Positions 37,300-51,627 of a stretch of DNA of 64,000 nucleotides are shown here, one piece after another. Origin of the DNA: Azolla caroliniana (lineage: Eukaryota > Plantae > Polypodiophyta). The position numbers and the translations under genes are program-made. How positions within the stretch are numbered: position 1 is the first letter of the stretch; the number at the start of each line of letters is the position of its first letter. Under the pieces are notes generated by a model. It ran no database searches and was not told the origin of the DNA. It saw only the letters and a program-made list of their open reading frames with translations. The stretch spans positions 7,812,001-7,876,000 of the forward strand of contig JBHGNT010000007.1 of the NCBI GenBank assembly GCA_043228905.1. Reading direction: 5' to 3'.

Positions 37300-38860
37300 T
37301 TGTAAATGTTCTCAGTATATGTAAGAATAGGGTATTGATGAGGCTGGATGGTTCCCACTACCATGATTTTTGTTTTATCCACATTTATAGTTAATCCAAT
37401 ACATAGAGAGAGATATATATATAGATTTCATTATCTTCTTCAGAGGTCAAATATGACCTTTGAGACCAAAAATATTACATTTCATATAATGCATGTGAAA
37501 GTGAGTAGTGACTCTCAATGTTAAAGAACTTTGTCAATGAATGTTGCAATCGAGAGTGCACAATGTGGTTGTGAAAGACAATGACTAGCATCCGGCTCCG
37601 GGCAGACCGAACAAGGAAATTGGCTTCATCCAACAAGGGTCGTCCTCTCCCTTTCTTGAATCAATGGGCAGATCCACATATGATGGAATTATCGCATCCC
37701 TATAGGGATTTGTATGTAACACTCTCATCTGTAAAATTTTACAACTAATAGAAGGAATTTTGTTTGGAAAGAAGAAGAAGGGTGCTTGGCCGAAAAGCAT
37801 TTGTCTGTGCTTGAGACACAAACATTCTTAAAAGCTTCCCATTTACATTCTAGTGTGATACCATGTGGTATCTTTGTCATTTGTAGCATATCCTCAACCA
37901 TCTCAATGGAATACATGGATGCTCATGTAAGGTTCAATCTCAAGTCTAATTGTTTATTACCTTCAACGGATTTTTCATAATTAGACTTATGCATACATTT
38001 GAGGTCAATATTCCGGCGTCCATTCACCAAGTTAGAATTTATCTATACAATCCAATATAACTTGGAAATAGTATGTATTCAATCACACTATTTCCATTGT
38101 GTTTTCTACATGTAAACCTATTAGTGTTGGGCCATACGGATACACCATTTGCAATAACCATTCTGGCACTATTGCACATTTGTAGGAGTAACTTCTCAAA
38201 TTGGTCTAGACTATACATTCGTATATCCTCTTGTATCCATGACATATGTGGCATGAAAGATAGTTGTGCATCAAGTTGGAAACTTCTTGTATGGTATTCA
38301 TATAACCAAAGACAATAACTTCCCCTTTGGATTTGAAATAAGCAATATCACCTTTGAGATTCACAAAAGGTTAATCTTTATCCAAAGAAGCATAAAAGTT
38401 AGAATTTTGATGTCGAATGTAACAACCAACTACAAAAGTCGGCAAATATTTAGGTGCTTCTATTTTGAGCCATATGTAGCATTTATGTTCATCACTTTTT
38501 ATAATCGACACATATTCTTCTATTTCCTTCTTGATCAAATATGTCACCCCTCATTGTCCTCTTCTTTGTCTTGCATTTTTTGCCCATACCAAAGAGTGTA
38601 CATTATAGTGTTCTAAACCTCAAATCCTTTGAGTATCATGCTCCCATGTTTCAGCAAAAAGTGTGATGTCCAAGTCATTAGTGAACTCCTTTATGTCAAA
38701 TCCCTCATTCCATGGGCATCCATTGCTTTTCCAAAAGCATAGCTGTAGAAGTCTTGTATTAGTCTGATAGGTTACGTGTCTTGATTTGCCTTCATTTCCA
38801 TCTTTAGGCATATCCTTAACCTTGCTTTTCAATTTTCTTCATATGCTTTATGACGGGCAT
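37300..38860 (-). mobile_element. Degenerate LINE (RTE/L2-like) fragments: APE endonuclease and part of RT
   Basis: CFWKSNG..DITLFAETWE; RFTCRKHNGNSVIEYI (SVIDY-like); GLTINVDKTKIMV at ~37340-37397. Confidence 0.7.
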
Positions 38861-39205
38861 TTTGTTGTGAGATAGTACGATTCACTCCCAAAGCATTGTG
38901 CACCTTTGAGGTATAACCGAGAGAAATGAAGACGAAGAAAGAGAGAGAGAGAAAGATATCGTTGACAAAGAGAAAAAGAGAGAGAAATGTACCGAATAAT
39001 AAATATTACAATTGAGAATGCACATTATAATTGTGAGACGAATGTGAGGGGGGAGTGGGCAGAATTTACAATTTGTAGAAAAAAAAACATGAGTGCAATC
39101 GAATGTAATGAATTGTATTAAGTGTGGTACTCTAATTCTTGCATAGTAGATGAACCTTCTCATGGGATAAAGAGGTAATTTCTAGAGAGACATTTAATTT
39201 ATCCA

Positions 39206-39675
39206 TGTTACTGCATGTCTGGAACCAACACCTTCAATTCCTACGCGGAATCAAACCAAGAGACGTGGTACAAGTAGTCCCCAAACTACCTTACGCAATG
39301 AGAAGGCACAAAATGGGAAACTAACACTGTTAGTTAAGGAATTGATACAAGACACAAGTTAAAAGCCAACTCTGATTGTATTATATAATAGATAATGGAT
39401 TACACGTTCACGGTTATATGCCGAATTAACTCAGATTCTCAAGACTGCATCCTGACTCTCTTCCCCCTTCCTTTTGTCTTCGATTGCTCTTCTTATATAG
39501 TTTCCCTTTGGCGGGCTTCTCCTTTGTTATCGTTTGTCTTTGGCTGCGTGTGACTTGGCTTCCTGCTTAATTACGTTTTGTTTACCTACTTTTACCTATT
39601 TGCGTTACAGTTGTTTTTAGATATTACATATACGATTTGTTTATAGATATTACATTTTTTAGCCCATGGACAACA
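39206..39675. mobile_element. Solo LTR, 470 bp, with 5-bp TSD ATCCA
   Basis: TGTTA...CAACA termini; ATCCA at 39201-39205 and 39676-39680. Confidence 0.75.
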
Positions 39676-40139
39676 ATCCACATCTAAATCAATTTCCTTA
39701 TGCATAGAGAGACCTATTTATTGCTCCATTCCATCGACGATTGAAAGGAACAAAAAGCTCAAGTTATTTGAAGTTTTTTACGATAACCTTGGTTTTGGAG
39801 ATATTGAAATTACTATGCATACAAAAGTTTTCCAGCACATCTAAGTGTGTGGGCAACTTCGAAAGCATTTGCAAAAAACTACTCATCATCTTCAAATAGA
39901 ACAATTATAAAAACTACATTCTAATGGTAGGTTCTTTGCTTCCCTTTCACATTTTACAAGTTTCTTGACCATTTTATTTTATTGCATCAATGCACAAACC
40001 AAAGAGGGCTGAGGAAAGTGAACTCTAGTAGTATTAGTGAAAAAATACAAAATTTCATATCTCAAATGAATGTGGTGTGCCACCTTCTCATAGATTTGGG
40101 AAATTTCAAGCGTAGATGCAGCCAATAACTTGAGTTCTT

Positions 40140-40270
40140 CCATGCTTCTCCGAAGATGCCCGTTGGGCACTATATCAAGTGCTTCCTTGAGGTCTATGAA
40201 TCAACAATAATTTTATTTATCTTGCAAACAACTTCCTTTCCATTAGCACTTGGAAAGAAACAAATTTATT
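40140..40270 (-). pseudogene. LINE RT fragment
   Basis: YC*FIDLKEALDIVP, resembling the FxDxxKAFD motif. Confidence 0.55.
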
Positions 40271-42791
40271 GACAATGCAATGGTGTTTTTTTTTTCTTCC
40301 AAAATGAAGCTATTTTCCCATTAGTTAGGAAGGATTATTACATAGAGAGTCTACAAGGAGACTTACGGTGTTTTTGAAAAATAAGTTGTAAACATTTATT
40401 TTCCTTGATCTATATTTATTAGAACCATTACAAGACATATGTTAAATCGAAAAACATGTTTTCTACTTAATAAAATGACTTTCTCGAAAGCATCTAGTGT
40501 TGCACCATTTTCATTTGTAGCATATCCTACACCATCTTCACATACATGTGTGTTGTTTTAAAGTTTGTACATACAAATATGATTGTCTTGCACTATGGTT
40601 TGACTTTATATACCCAAATCCTTCCATACATGAATACACAAAGTCATATTATAAGATTTCAGAGTTTATTCGCCAAGAAAAGATTTATGCATGTGATCCA
40701 AGATACCTTTTCAGAGTAAATTATATTACATGTATGTTATGTTTTTTATATCCTTGATATTATTCCATAAAGGTTAAACATTTTCAATGAACATTTTGGT
40801 GTTATTGTACATTAGTAGAAGTAACTTTCTATTTTGACCCAAATCTTACTCTTCCATAGAATAGCACAATACATTTGTACATCCTCTTCTATTCTTGAGA
40901 TTGATAACCTCTCCCTTGTCTTGGAATTAAGCAATGTTAGCATTTAGATTGATAAAAGCTTGGTCTCTTTTAAAAAGGAATAAAAATTGGAACCACGATA
41001 AAGAATGTAAAATCCAATATTATCTCTAACAATAGAGACATAATATTTTACTCCCCTCTTCATCAAACATGTCACTCCTCATAGTTCTCTTCACGGTCTT
41101 GAAGTTTTTGCCCATATCTAGAAATGCACATTGTATCATGCTCTTAAGTTTTACGAACTATAATGTTCTATTTGTTGATGAGTTCATCCAAGATAATGCC
41201 CATATTCCATGGCTATCCATTGCAATTCTAAAAACATATTTAAAGAAAATTTGAGTTAGTCCTGTATGTTACGATTTGCTATTAATTCCTTGTTAGCTTT
41301 TCATCTTTCACGATATCCTTAAACTTACCTTTGCTTTTATCCTCATATGCTTAGCGATGGGAATTTTCTTGTGATAGGGCAAAGCAATCTTCACTAAAAA
41401 AGTGTTATGTACCATTGAAATAGATCCAACTATTTTCACGAGTGATGCATTTGTTAGTTTCGTTGACCATTGTGCATATAGTAAGCCTCCCTCCTTCACG
41501 AGTGAGAAGAATTTTATTTTCTAACTCTAATGTGAAATCAACCAATGGCATTTTCAAGTGATGTAAGTATTTCCAAATAATCCTGAGTAAGAGTGTTCGT
41601 GGATCATGGCTTTCATTGTTTCAATTCTTTGCTAGTGTCATAACTTGCATAATAGCGACTGAAAATTAGGTTATTTATTTTTCTTCCTCACCATCTCGCA
41701 ATGAGATGTCGTTAAATAGGGTTATAATGAAAGTCAAAACTAACCACTTTTTTGTGTTTAGTATAGAAAAGACACCAATTTTGTACAAGAGCACCATTGT
41801 TAAAAATTGTTCCATGTTATGTGCTTGTTACATAGTAGTACCATGTAATAAAGTCTAAGTTACACATGACATCACTTAGAGCATATCGTTTAGCTTCCAA
41901 ATTATGTTGTTTTTATTCTGTAAAATAATTAACATATTGTTGGTACTTGATTCGTATTACTTGTTTATAATTTAGAGGTATCACGTTCAAATCTTAAATA
42001 TTATATTATGCTTGTAGAATAGTGATTAATTTTAAATAATTTTCTTTTGTGCACTCACTTGCAATCAAGACCTGTCCTTTGGCTTAAGTTGGTTTCACAT
42101 TGTGCGTTAGAAGACAACATGACACTGTGAACTCGCTCATCTACACCACTACAACAATTTTCCTTCAAGCCTAGGTACATGTGCTTGATGGACATTGGAA
42201 ACCATTGCAGAAGTAACCCATTTGTAAGATTTGTAGACTTGAATAATTAAGGTAGTCAAACATGAATATGGTGGGGAGGGTAAGAGGAAATTGATTTAAA
42301 TAATGGCTAATTTTTCCTAGTAAACGATGATAAGAGTTGTAAATATAGCAACAATTTTACAAAGAAAACATGTTAGTGATTACAATATGTTTATGTTTTA
42401 AAGCCTTCACCAAAGGAAATGCACCCACTATTTTATGTCAAATAAACACTTTCACATGGGATGGGGGATGAGATTTTCGTCTAATGTCAGACACTCACCT
42501 TAATGTCTCACATTATTCAATACTTCACATAATGTTCTTGCAAGAGACCCATTTACCACCAACCAATCAATGTCTTATCTTCAATTAAGTTATGATAAAT
42601 TTAATGGGTGTGCATCAAGGGTATCAAAATTTCACAAGGTTCATTTACCATTACAAGAACATGATCCAAAAGAATGGGCAAAGAAGATAAGATAGCATAT
42701 GAACTCTTGTTTGCATGGTTATGGATGCAATCGTTTGCATATGTGATATTAAAATAACATTTTGCATAGTTGCCAAGACAAAATTATTGTA

Positions 42792-44739
42792 AGTATAGGT
42801 CTGCTATTTTTACGTGGGGTGCAGTCTTTTGGGGAATGTTGGATCAATAAAGGGCTTTTTATCATTATAATCATTCTTCATTGTCTTTATATGTAAGAAG
42901 TTTTCAAGTATATTCTACTTCAAGATCCTTGCAGGGAGTCAAGTTCTTCTCGCGGAGTTATGTTTGGCAGATTGTCTCCTCGTTGTCTCTATGGGTTCTT
43001 TGGAAAGCTAGGTGCTCCAAGTTATACAATGATGAAGACATTCACGTTGTGGATCAGGTAAAGTCTTTTTGGAATTTATTAGTACATTCGGTTAAAGGTG
43101 AGTATGACAGGTATAAAGGCTATGGAAACACAGCCATTTGAAAAAGAAAGAGATTACGACAAGTTTGGTCAGCTATTCCTATAATGTTAGATGCAGGCAC
43201 GGAGGTTAGTTGGTTGTTCCCGCCACCAGTACCATTCTTATGGCGTACAACATGAGATAACAGGGAGCAGACGGTGGCGGCATGTAGGAAGCTTATTTTA
43301 ATGTAGGTAAGATATACATATGCTAGAAGAAGATATGAGGAAATAGGATGATGTTCTGGATGCTGAATCAGACTAGTATAAGAAGATTTTAGTGGTATGA
43401 GGCAGATTTCGTGTGATAATCAGAGACATCGACATGGTGGATGTGGACAGGTTGAAATAGGTTTAAGTTGTTTTGTGATTAGGATGACTAATGTTGGTGG
43501 GGGTTGTCGAAGATTACTAGGAGAAGGGCCGCGTTAATCGGTGAGACAGAATAGGGGAAGCAAGATACCCTAGATATGGGCTGACTTAAGACAGATATTA
43601 TGGTTCTCATAGGTTGCGGGATGATGGCAGTGGGATTTGAAGCAACTTTGTCATGGTGTGAGGATGAGTGGTGTTGGTGCGAGGGCTGAAGCAGATCAGG
43701 AGGGGAGAGGAATCATTGTTCACTTATTTTGTTGTTAATTGCACAGGATATTCGCGGTACTCGGCGAGATGGTGGATGTGGATTGATTGAAGCAATTTGT
43801 TTGTTTTTAGGAGTGATGATGGTGGGGGGGACAGAAGCAAATCATGAGGGGATGAGGAACCATTATTCACTTGTTTTTGTTGTTATTTGTATAGGTCAGA
43901 GGTGGTATTCAGCGAGATGGTGGATGTGGTTTGATTGAAGCAATTTCTCTGTTTTTAGGAGTGACGATGGTGCGGGGTAACGAAGCAAATCATGAGGGGA
44001 TGAGGAACAATTTCTCATTTTTGTTGATTCATTGCACAGGTCATTGGTGGTATTCAGCGAGATGGTGGATGTGGACTAAAGGAAGCAATGTGTCTGTTTT
44101 AGGAGTGATGATGGTGGGGGGGATTGAAGCAACTCATGAGGGGATGAGGAATTTTTTTACTTATTTTGTTGTTAATTCCACAGGACATTGGTGGCATTCG
44201 GCGAGATGGTGGAGGTGGATTGAATGAAGCAATTTGGTTGTTTTTAGGAGTGATGATGGTGAGGGGGCCGAAGCACATCATGAAGGGAGAGTGAATAAGT
44301 TGTGGGGATCGAAGCAAATGGGGTGAGAGGTGGAGATTAGTATAGTACATTTCATTTTCATGGTCCGTTTTTTTCTCCCCAACAATTTTTACAAATGTTG
44401 GAATCAGTTCAGATCTGTTTGCAACTGTTTCCGTTGGGATGGTGAATCTTCTTACAGCTCCACACCTGACACATATGATTGGAAAGACGGAGGACATGGA
44501 ATATCATGTGAAATATAAGTTTTCTATGGAGTTCTGTTCTAAGAGCCCGAAATTTTGTTTTCTGTAGCAGATCACTGGAATCAATGTTGTGTTTTATGGC
44601 TGTTTTTTTTCCCAACAGTTTTTACAAATGCTAGAATCAATTCAAATATACTGGTGGAGATGAAACAATATTATGTACTATTTGTATACTGCCTCTGGGC
44701 TTTTTATTAATACCAATGGAGCATATGTTTTATGGTAAA
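42792..44739 (+). mobile_element. 5'-truncated L1-like LINE with a long 3' tail; 12-bp TSD AAAATTATTGTA
   Basis: ORF2 C-terminus WQIVSSLSLWVLWKARC...WLFPPP; TSD at 42780-42791 and 44740-44751; short A-run at the 3' end. Confidence 0.75.
43660..44300 (+). repeat. ~146-bp tandem repeat, about 4.5 copies
   Basis: GAAGCA.ATCA.GAGGGG anchors at 43688, 43834, 43982, 44126 and 44270. Confidence 0.9.
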
Positions 44740-47700
44740 AAAATTATTGTATAATTGATTGGAAACACAACTTTATTTTGTATTCCAACATATGATTAAT
44801 GGAGGTGTGAGTACCTTCACGATTTGACCAATCTCAAGGTTTGTTATCATGAGAACAATAATTGTTTGATCATAATAGCGTTTGAGTACTAAAATGTCCA
44901 AGCACTATATAAATCTTCAATCTTCATTTGTCATGTTAGATTGCAACCTTTCAACAAAAAATTATATTATCTTCTCCTCAGGTTGAGTTGCTACACTTGT
45001 ACCTTTTAAGAGGTTACATATGATCTTCCAAATCTAGTTGTATTGTTCCCCTTAACCACATTGCGGTGCACATATATCTTTATGAACCGAAGACATGCTT
45101 AGTTTTGACTATTTTTTCTATAGAACACTTTAATAAGCAAAGGAAGCGAAATGATTACGCGATGACTTTATCCATAGTAGCCATGAGAATTAATAATAAT
45201 CTATAGGATTCAATATTGTATATACCACTTTTAGTCAAGTCGTACCAACCTTTCCCAAAAGCCTATATGAGGATACATTAGGAAGGGGTGAATCATATTC
45301 TAGCCATATATACATCACCTAAGAGACTTCATGCATCATTACAAATTCAATTTGAAGCTTGCAATCACAATTTACCTTCTTATAAGATTGGATGGTTATC
45401 AATCTCACTAAATGGATGGTTATTGATTTGATGCTTGCAATCACAATTGACCTTCATATATAGATTGTTTTGAACTTCAAATGCCCTTTTTTTTGCATTT
45501 AAGTATAAAATGTGCCCTTCATTTTCACGTATAATTATACTAGAAGATAACAAAGAAAAAGTTATACAAAAATAAGGCATGATATGGAAAAATGGGATGA
45601 CCTTGTGAGAAGATAATGCTTTTCCTTTTCTTTCTCGAAGGATCTAAATAAGTTAAACTATTGTAAATTTGGACGAAAAGGAGGTAAGATGTCTTTCTTT
45701 TATTTATTTTATACAATTAGCTTACCCTAGTTGTAGTTTATTGGATGACCAAAGCCAAGACCTTTGGTTTAAGGTGTAACCCAAAACTATATCATTTAAC
45801 ACTATTTCTCTCCCTTTGTTTGCGCAACCAAGAGAGAGAGGTATATATTGATATTTTTTGAACTTCCATGAGAGATCGATTGTGATCTATGAGATAGGGC
45901 CTAGCCATTGGCGAAGATCGATCGAACATGGGTTCTCTCACATTTATGACTATGATGCTATGGTTTAAACTGCCAAGCCGACAACCACATTGAGAAAGAG
46001 AGAGAGGATTTAACTATATGGATTATAAATTATATTGTATTTACATCTTATTTAACAAAACAAAAATACCCTAAACACTAAACACTAAGCCCTCTACCTT
46101 CTCTAATTCTTTTTCTTTTTAAAATTAATTCTCCATCAACAGTACATACATTAATTTTTTATTATTAAATCCCTCGTGCAACATTCCTCCCCCAATAGTA
46201 AAGCATTAACCTTTTTTATGACTAATAAATAAGAGAAAAATTAGTTAGTTTTGACCCTTAAGCCACTTAACTCATAATAATAAATATAAGCATGAAAATG
46301 GACAACCATATATTTTATGCTTCAACAATGATGAATTCATGATTTTTTTACCTTAGAGTTATGGTTTTTTAGCCAAAATATGGGAAAATGGTCATCGATA
46401 TGCAACCCTACTTGCAATATGGTTATGGAAAAAAAAATGTTGTAGCATTACAAAGATTATATTCTACCAAGGTTGTGAATTCAAGTCACACAAAATAGGT
46501 TTTATGTTGTTTTAATGAAAATGATGTTCATGTTATTGGTTTAAGATCTCTTAAAAAAGGACTATAAGACCGAAAGAGTTGAAAACAATAGTGGTACCGG
46601 CTTACAAACATCAACGTATATCAAAGGGTTGAAAACATTAGTATTGCCTAAAATAAGAGAAAACATTAACTAATTAATCATATACAACAATAATAAAGTC
46701 TTGTTTTGAGTAAACTCACATCACACGTGTCACCTTTTTTTAACTATCTAAGGTGATTTTTCATAACTTTGTAAGGGAACATTCCTTGTAAGCATTATTG
46801 AGAGCTTCTTGTCATGTCATGAATAATGCAAGTTTATGATGAAATATTATATACTTTAAATGGTCGCACGAGGCTGTACATGTAAGTGCTAACATATTAT
46901 GACATTAACCAGGAGATTGTGGATGGAAACGTTTGTGGTCCATCACTTTCAAATGCCTGTCATTAAATATTAGCCTAAGCAATTGTTCCTTTTATTAAAT
47001 GTCCTACACGTGATTAGGAATATTTTCTATTTTAATAACCTTGCACAACCACTAAAAGTCTTATGAATATTAAATCAAACATGATCATTAGGAAGTATAA
47101 GTTTATAAATATACAAAACACCTAATCAAATGCTAGGTAATTATCGAGTAAAAAAACTAAGCATTAGCCATTCATTGTTGCCTTTCCTTGGAAAAGAGAT
47201 ACGAGGAGATATTTTGTCTAGAGATATGTTAGACATTTTCTTTTAAATGGCGGATTAATTATGTTTGTTGGTAATTTTAATCAAAATTATATTGTATTTA
47301 CCCCTTCAATATACAATATGGGCGTCTTTTGAATTGAACAACATTCATTGTTCGAAGATTGATGAGAAATGCCAAGGAGCTGGAGCTCAAAAGTAGATTA
47401 TCGTGTTAGTCGACCTAAGTGAGGGATATGATTTATGCCAATTCAATCACGTTTCTATTTCAAACCATAATTCTAATCCTAAAGTATAACTTTTAAATTC
47501 TTAAATAGAATCCATGTCGTTTTGACGACCATTATTAGACAATCAAGTCATTCTCACCTTTGCTTAAAAAAAAGGAAAGTAAAGAAAATGTGGCACCATG
47601 TTGAGTGGGAAGACTCATGATAAACAATCACATATACACTTCATTAGTTATAGCTTTTATATGTTTGTTTCTTCTAGTAAGGATGACATATTAGCATTTG

Positions 47701-48762
47701 AATTCCCACGCTTTGTTATTGGGTGAATGATTTCATTTACTCATTTTTATATAATATTAAAAAGTTAAATATAGAAAAGTTTGTTTATAAAATGCTGAAA
47801 AATCTCATTGTCTCTCTCATGAGATGGAGGATTGTATATAATTATATTTATGTGTTGTGATAATCTTATGGAAAGAAGCTAGTGATAAGATGGCATGATG
47901 GTCGAAGCTTAAGTAAAGAAATGAAGTTTTTGATAGGTGTGACATTTTCTAGGTAGATTACATTGCAACTCAAATGCTCCCTTGTTCCATGATGGACACT
48001 ATGCAAACACAATCAATATTGAAAATGGTCTTTTAGAGATAAAGGAAACAGGTCATGTGTGATGGAAATGAAACTAAGTGTGGGAACTAAAGAGAACATA
48101 AAGAGCTCGCACAAATAATGACATGTGCACCCGTGCACCTGAGGCTATTGCCCACACAATAATGACAAGTCGCCAAAGCATTGTATTGCTAGGCCAAATG
48201 TCAAATGGAGAAACATAAGAGAGAAATCTAGGGCCCAACCAAAGGGTTAATGAAGCAACATAACTTGAGGATAACTAGATTGACACTTCTATGAGTGTAA
48301 TTGACATTCCAAGTTCAATGCTTGAATTTTTTTTAAATAAGATAATGATTGAGAACAAAACTGAGGACAAAGACTTTGATATGAGGACAGATGAAGGAAA
48401 AGTACACAAATGGAGTTGCATGACGAAGACCACAATGAGCCTCACAATAGGCATGCACTTGAACACGCAAGTGCCACATGGAGAAACGAAGGTTGCATTG
48501 AGAACGGGGCAAAAGAAAATAAAAAGACCCAGTACTAAAGATCCATAAAAGACTTAAGTGTGAATGACCCACTACTTGTTATGTACACATAACGTTGGTG
48601 AGGGTAGGTCACTAATATTTACATTAGTGAAGGGTATGTTCAATAACGTTAAAAAGGGGACTAATGTGATTGGATAGAAGGAATGATAGGTGCATGCACT
48701 ATCATGATTTGGACAACCAATGAATTGAGAGCCTTTTAGAAAGGCACATCTATTCAAGGGAC

Positions 48763-49768
48763 CTAGGAAAAGGTATACCTTGTGTCTTTCGACTTATCTC
48801 TGTCGGTTGACCCGGAGTCTGCTATCTTCTTCTTCAACTCCCAGTCAGTAATAGTCTTGTCTTCCATGAAGACTATGTCGTGACTCGGAAACACCTTCTT
48901 GTTGACCAAGTCCCACACTCGGTAGCCGAACTTAACATATTGTACCTGATGCATGCTCGGATAGGCCGGGAAGAAGTGAGTGTGGCATCTGGCAATGCTA
49001 GTATCCAAGGAATATGCATGGCTGGGACTTCGGATCCAACTTTGCTCTCTTGTCCTTTGCAACATGCATGTAGGAGAGACAGGTGAACACCTTTAGATGC
49101 TGGTAAGACACGATTTTACCGCTCCATACTCTTCGTGGTGTGTCTCCGTCCAAGGGTGTTGAAGGTGATCTATTTATCACGTACGTTGTCGTCATCAGCG
49201 CCTCAGTCCAAAACGTCTTGGCTAACTTCGCATGTGCCAACATGCTTTCGACTCTCTCCATTACGGTTTGGTTCATCCTTTTGGCCAGTCCGTTCAGCTC
49301 CGATGTCTTCGGCACGGTGAATTCGAGCCGGATTCCCTTTGAATAGCAGTACTCTTCAAATTGCCCCCAAGATTCACCTTCATTTTAGCTTTCAGCTTTT
49401 GGCCGGTTTCCCTTTCCACTCTCGCGTGGAAGTCCTTGAAGACAGATAATACCTGGTCCTTCGTCTTCAGTGGCGAGACCCACAACTTCCGGTTGTGGTC
49501 ATCTATGAACGTCACGAGGTACTGCGATCCCGCATGTGACTTCGTGTCAACTTGGCATACATCAGTATGCACAAGTTCTAGTGGTGCGTTCCGTCTAATC
49601 AGTGGTCTTGTCTGGAAGGAGGTTTTGTTTTGCTTGCTTGCCAGGCCATCGGTGCACTTGTCAAGTTGCACGTCTTTCACCTCTAGAATGAGGTTATCTT
49701 TAGCAAGTCTTCTTATCCCTTTCTAGCTCATGTGACACAACCACTTGTGCCACAACTCACCGGTATTT
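48763..49768 (-). mobile_element. Copia integrase fragment of the same family as element F, in opposite orientation
   Basis: RRNAPLELVHTDVCQVDTKSHAGSQY, MPKTSELNGLAKRMNQT and AKLDPKSQPCIFLGY match 10550-11450. Confidence 0.9.
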
Positions 49769-51627
49769 TGACACAACGGGCACAAAACCGACCAAGTTGG
49801 AATCGGCCACAACGAAATCAGCAGTGTGGGAGATTGAGTTGAAATCCGAAGAATGTGCAACCAAGCTGAAAACAGCCCCCACACAAGTAACTTTGTGGGG
49901 AGTCATGACCCGCGCTAGTATCTGTGAAAAAGTGATGGAGCGGTTGCATCAATCCACCGTCAGATTGTGTGTTTCCAACTAGGATAGCCTTAAAACAATC
50001 AGATGTCGAGGGGTTGCAATGAGGTAAAATGTTAATATCTCCTGGTGGGGACCGACTTGAAGTACCAATGGGATAGTGGCTTCAGTAACCACCCCCAAAG
50101 AGAGAACAAGTCCGTCGATAGCTTCAACAAATATGGGTTTTGTTGTGCAAATGGTGGGGATACTATGTGCTTGGACGAATGAGATATTGATAAAACAAGT
50201 AGATGCACTGGAATTGAGCAAGGCATGGGATTGCATTGAAGTAGACCCAAAACAAAGATTTACTTGCAAAGTAAAACCTCCTGATGGCGTAACGGAATTG
50301 TAGGAGCACGGAGAAGTTGGGTAACGGAACACGTCCGGCTGCATGGCTCCTACTGCAGCTAGACTTGGTCGTTTTCCTGTTGTTGAAAAACCTCCACAAG
50401 ACGTGCACAGTGGGATTGATGACTAGGACCTCGTACCAGGCAATGACGGATGACATGACCGAGGGTACCACAATAGAGGCAGAGGCTATTGTCACATCAA
50501 TGTTGTCGTTGGGCATTAGTTAATGGTTGGGACCAAGCATGGTTGATCTCCATTGGGGTATGGGGGTCGACCTCCATCTGGGTATGACTATCATTGGAGG
50601 ATGGCAATTGTGGTGTGGTTGGCAAAACTGATATATATGGCCTTGCGATTGGAGCGTTGCGGGAGGAAGACTGAAATCCTTTGACTCCCATGTTCCTCCT
50701 GACGAAGCTCAAAAGGACGATTATCACATTGAACGGCTCGGGAGATTACTTGGCACAATGATGTGGGTTCCGGAAAGTTTAAGAGAAAAGTCTTGACATC
50801 ATTTCGGAGGCCTCAACTAAAACGGTTGCATAAGGCTTGGTCATCCCAGCTGACATCACACGCGATCTGAAGAAACTCTAAAGCATAGACAGAGGCTGGA
50901 CGGGATCCTTGTTGTAAGGAATAGAGCTTTGTGAGTGTCATTCATCGTTGGTCTGTATCTCCAAACGTGGCTTCAAGCTCCACAAGGAAGGTAAGAAAGT
51001 TGTCTAAGAGTGGGGATGAGGTCTCGACCAATGGTGCAAACCATGCTTGCGTCGGTCTGGAGAGAAGGGTAGCCCAACGAAGAGAAATCGTTAGCATAAC
51101 ATTGGGGTTGTAAACGAATGATAAGCCAAATTTGATTGATGAAGCCACGAAGACGCGCCCTCGAGCCGTTGAATTTGTCGGGTAGGTTGACGCTAGGTTC
51201 AAGGACATATGGATGGGAAGAGGAAGGGGTTATGCTAGGTGTTGATGGAAGGTGAGGCTCAGCGGGTGGGGGGTTGTTGGATGTGCCATTTTGAAGTTCT
51301 TGTAATGATTCACGAAGGATTTCATTTTCTAGTTGAAGTTGTTGCAAGGTTGTCATTACTTGGTTTAAGTTGTTGACGGAGTCGGACATGGTAGCAAGAA
51401 GAGGAAGGTGAAAAAACTGTCACAGACAAGTAGAGAGAGAGAGAGAGAGAGAGAGCATAGTGCCTAGATGGATGTAGCTCAGTTGGTAAAGTTGCCCAAT
51501 GGAAACTAGCTAGTCATGGGTTCAACCCCTACATTCCACAGTGGCATCTAGTGAATTAAGAGATATATATGAAGTATATAATAGAGAGAAGTGAGACATT
51601 TGGGTTTCGAACCCACGACGTAGTGCT

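Noticed and set aside
40300-41700. Possible MULE/hAT transposase relic
   Set aside because: Too degraded; no catalytic motif or TIR identified.
45730-46195. LTR-like segment ending GCAACA next to a reverse PPT-like tract
   Set aside because: No partner LTR, TSD or coding remnant found.
51470-51538. Functional tRNA gene
   Set aside because: The anticodon arm does not pair and the sequence lies inside an LTR; reported only as a tRNA-derived module.
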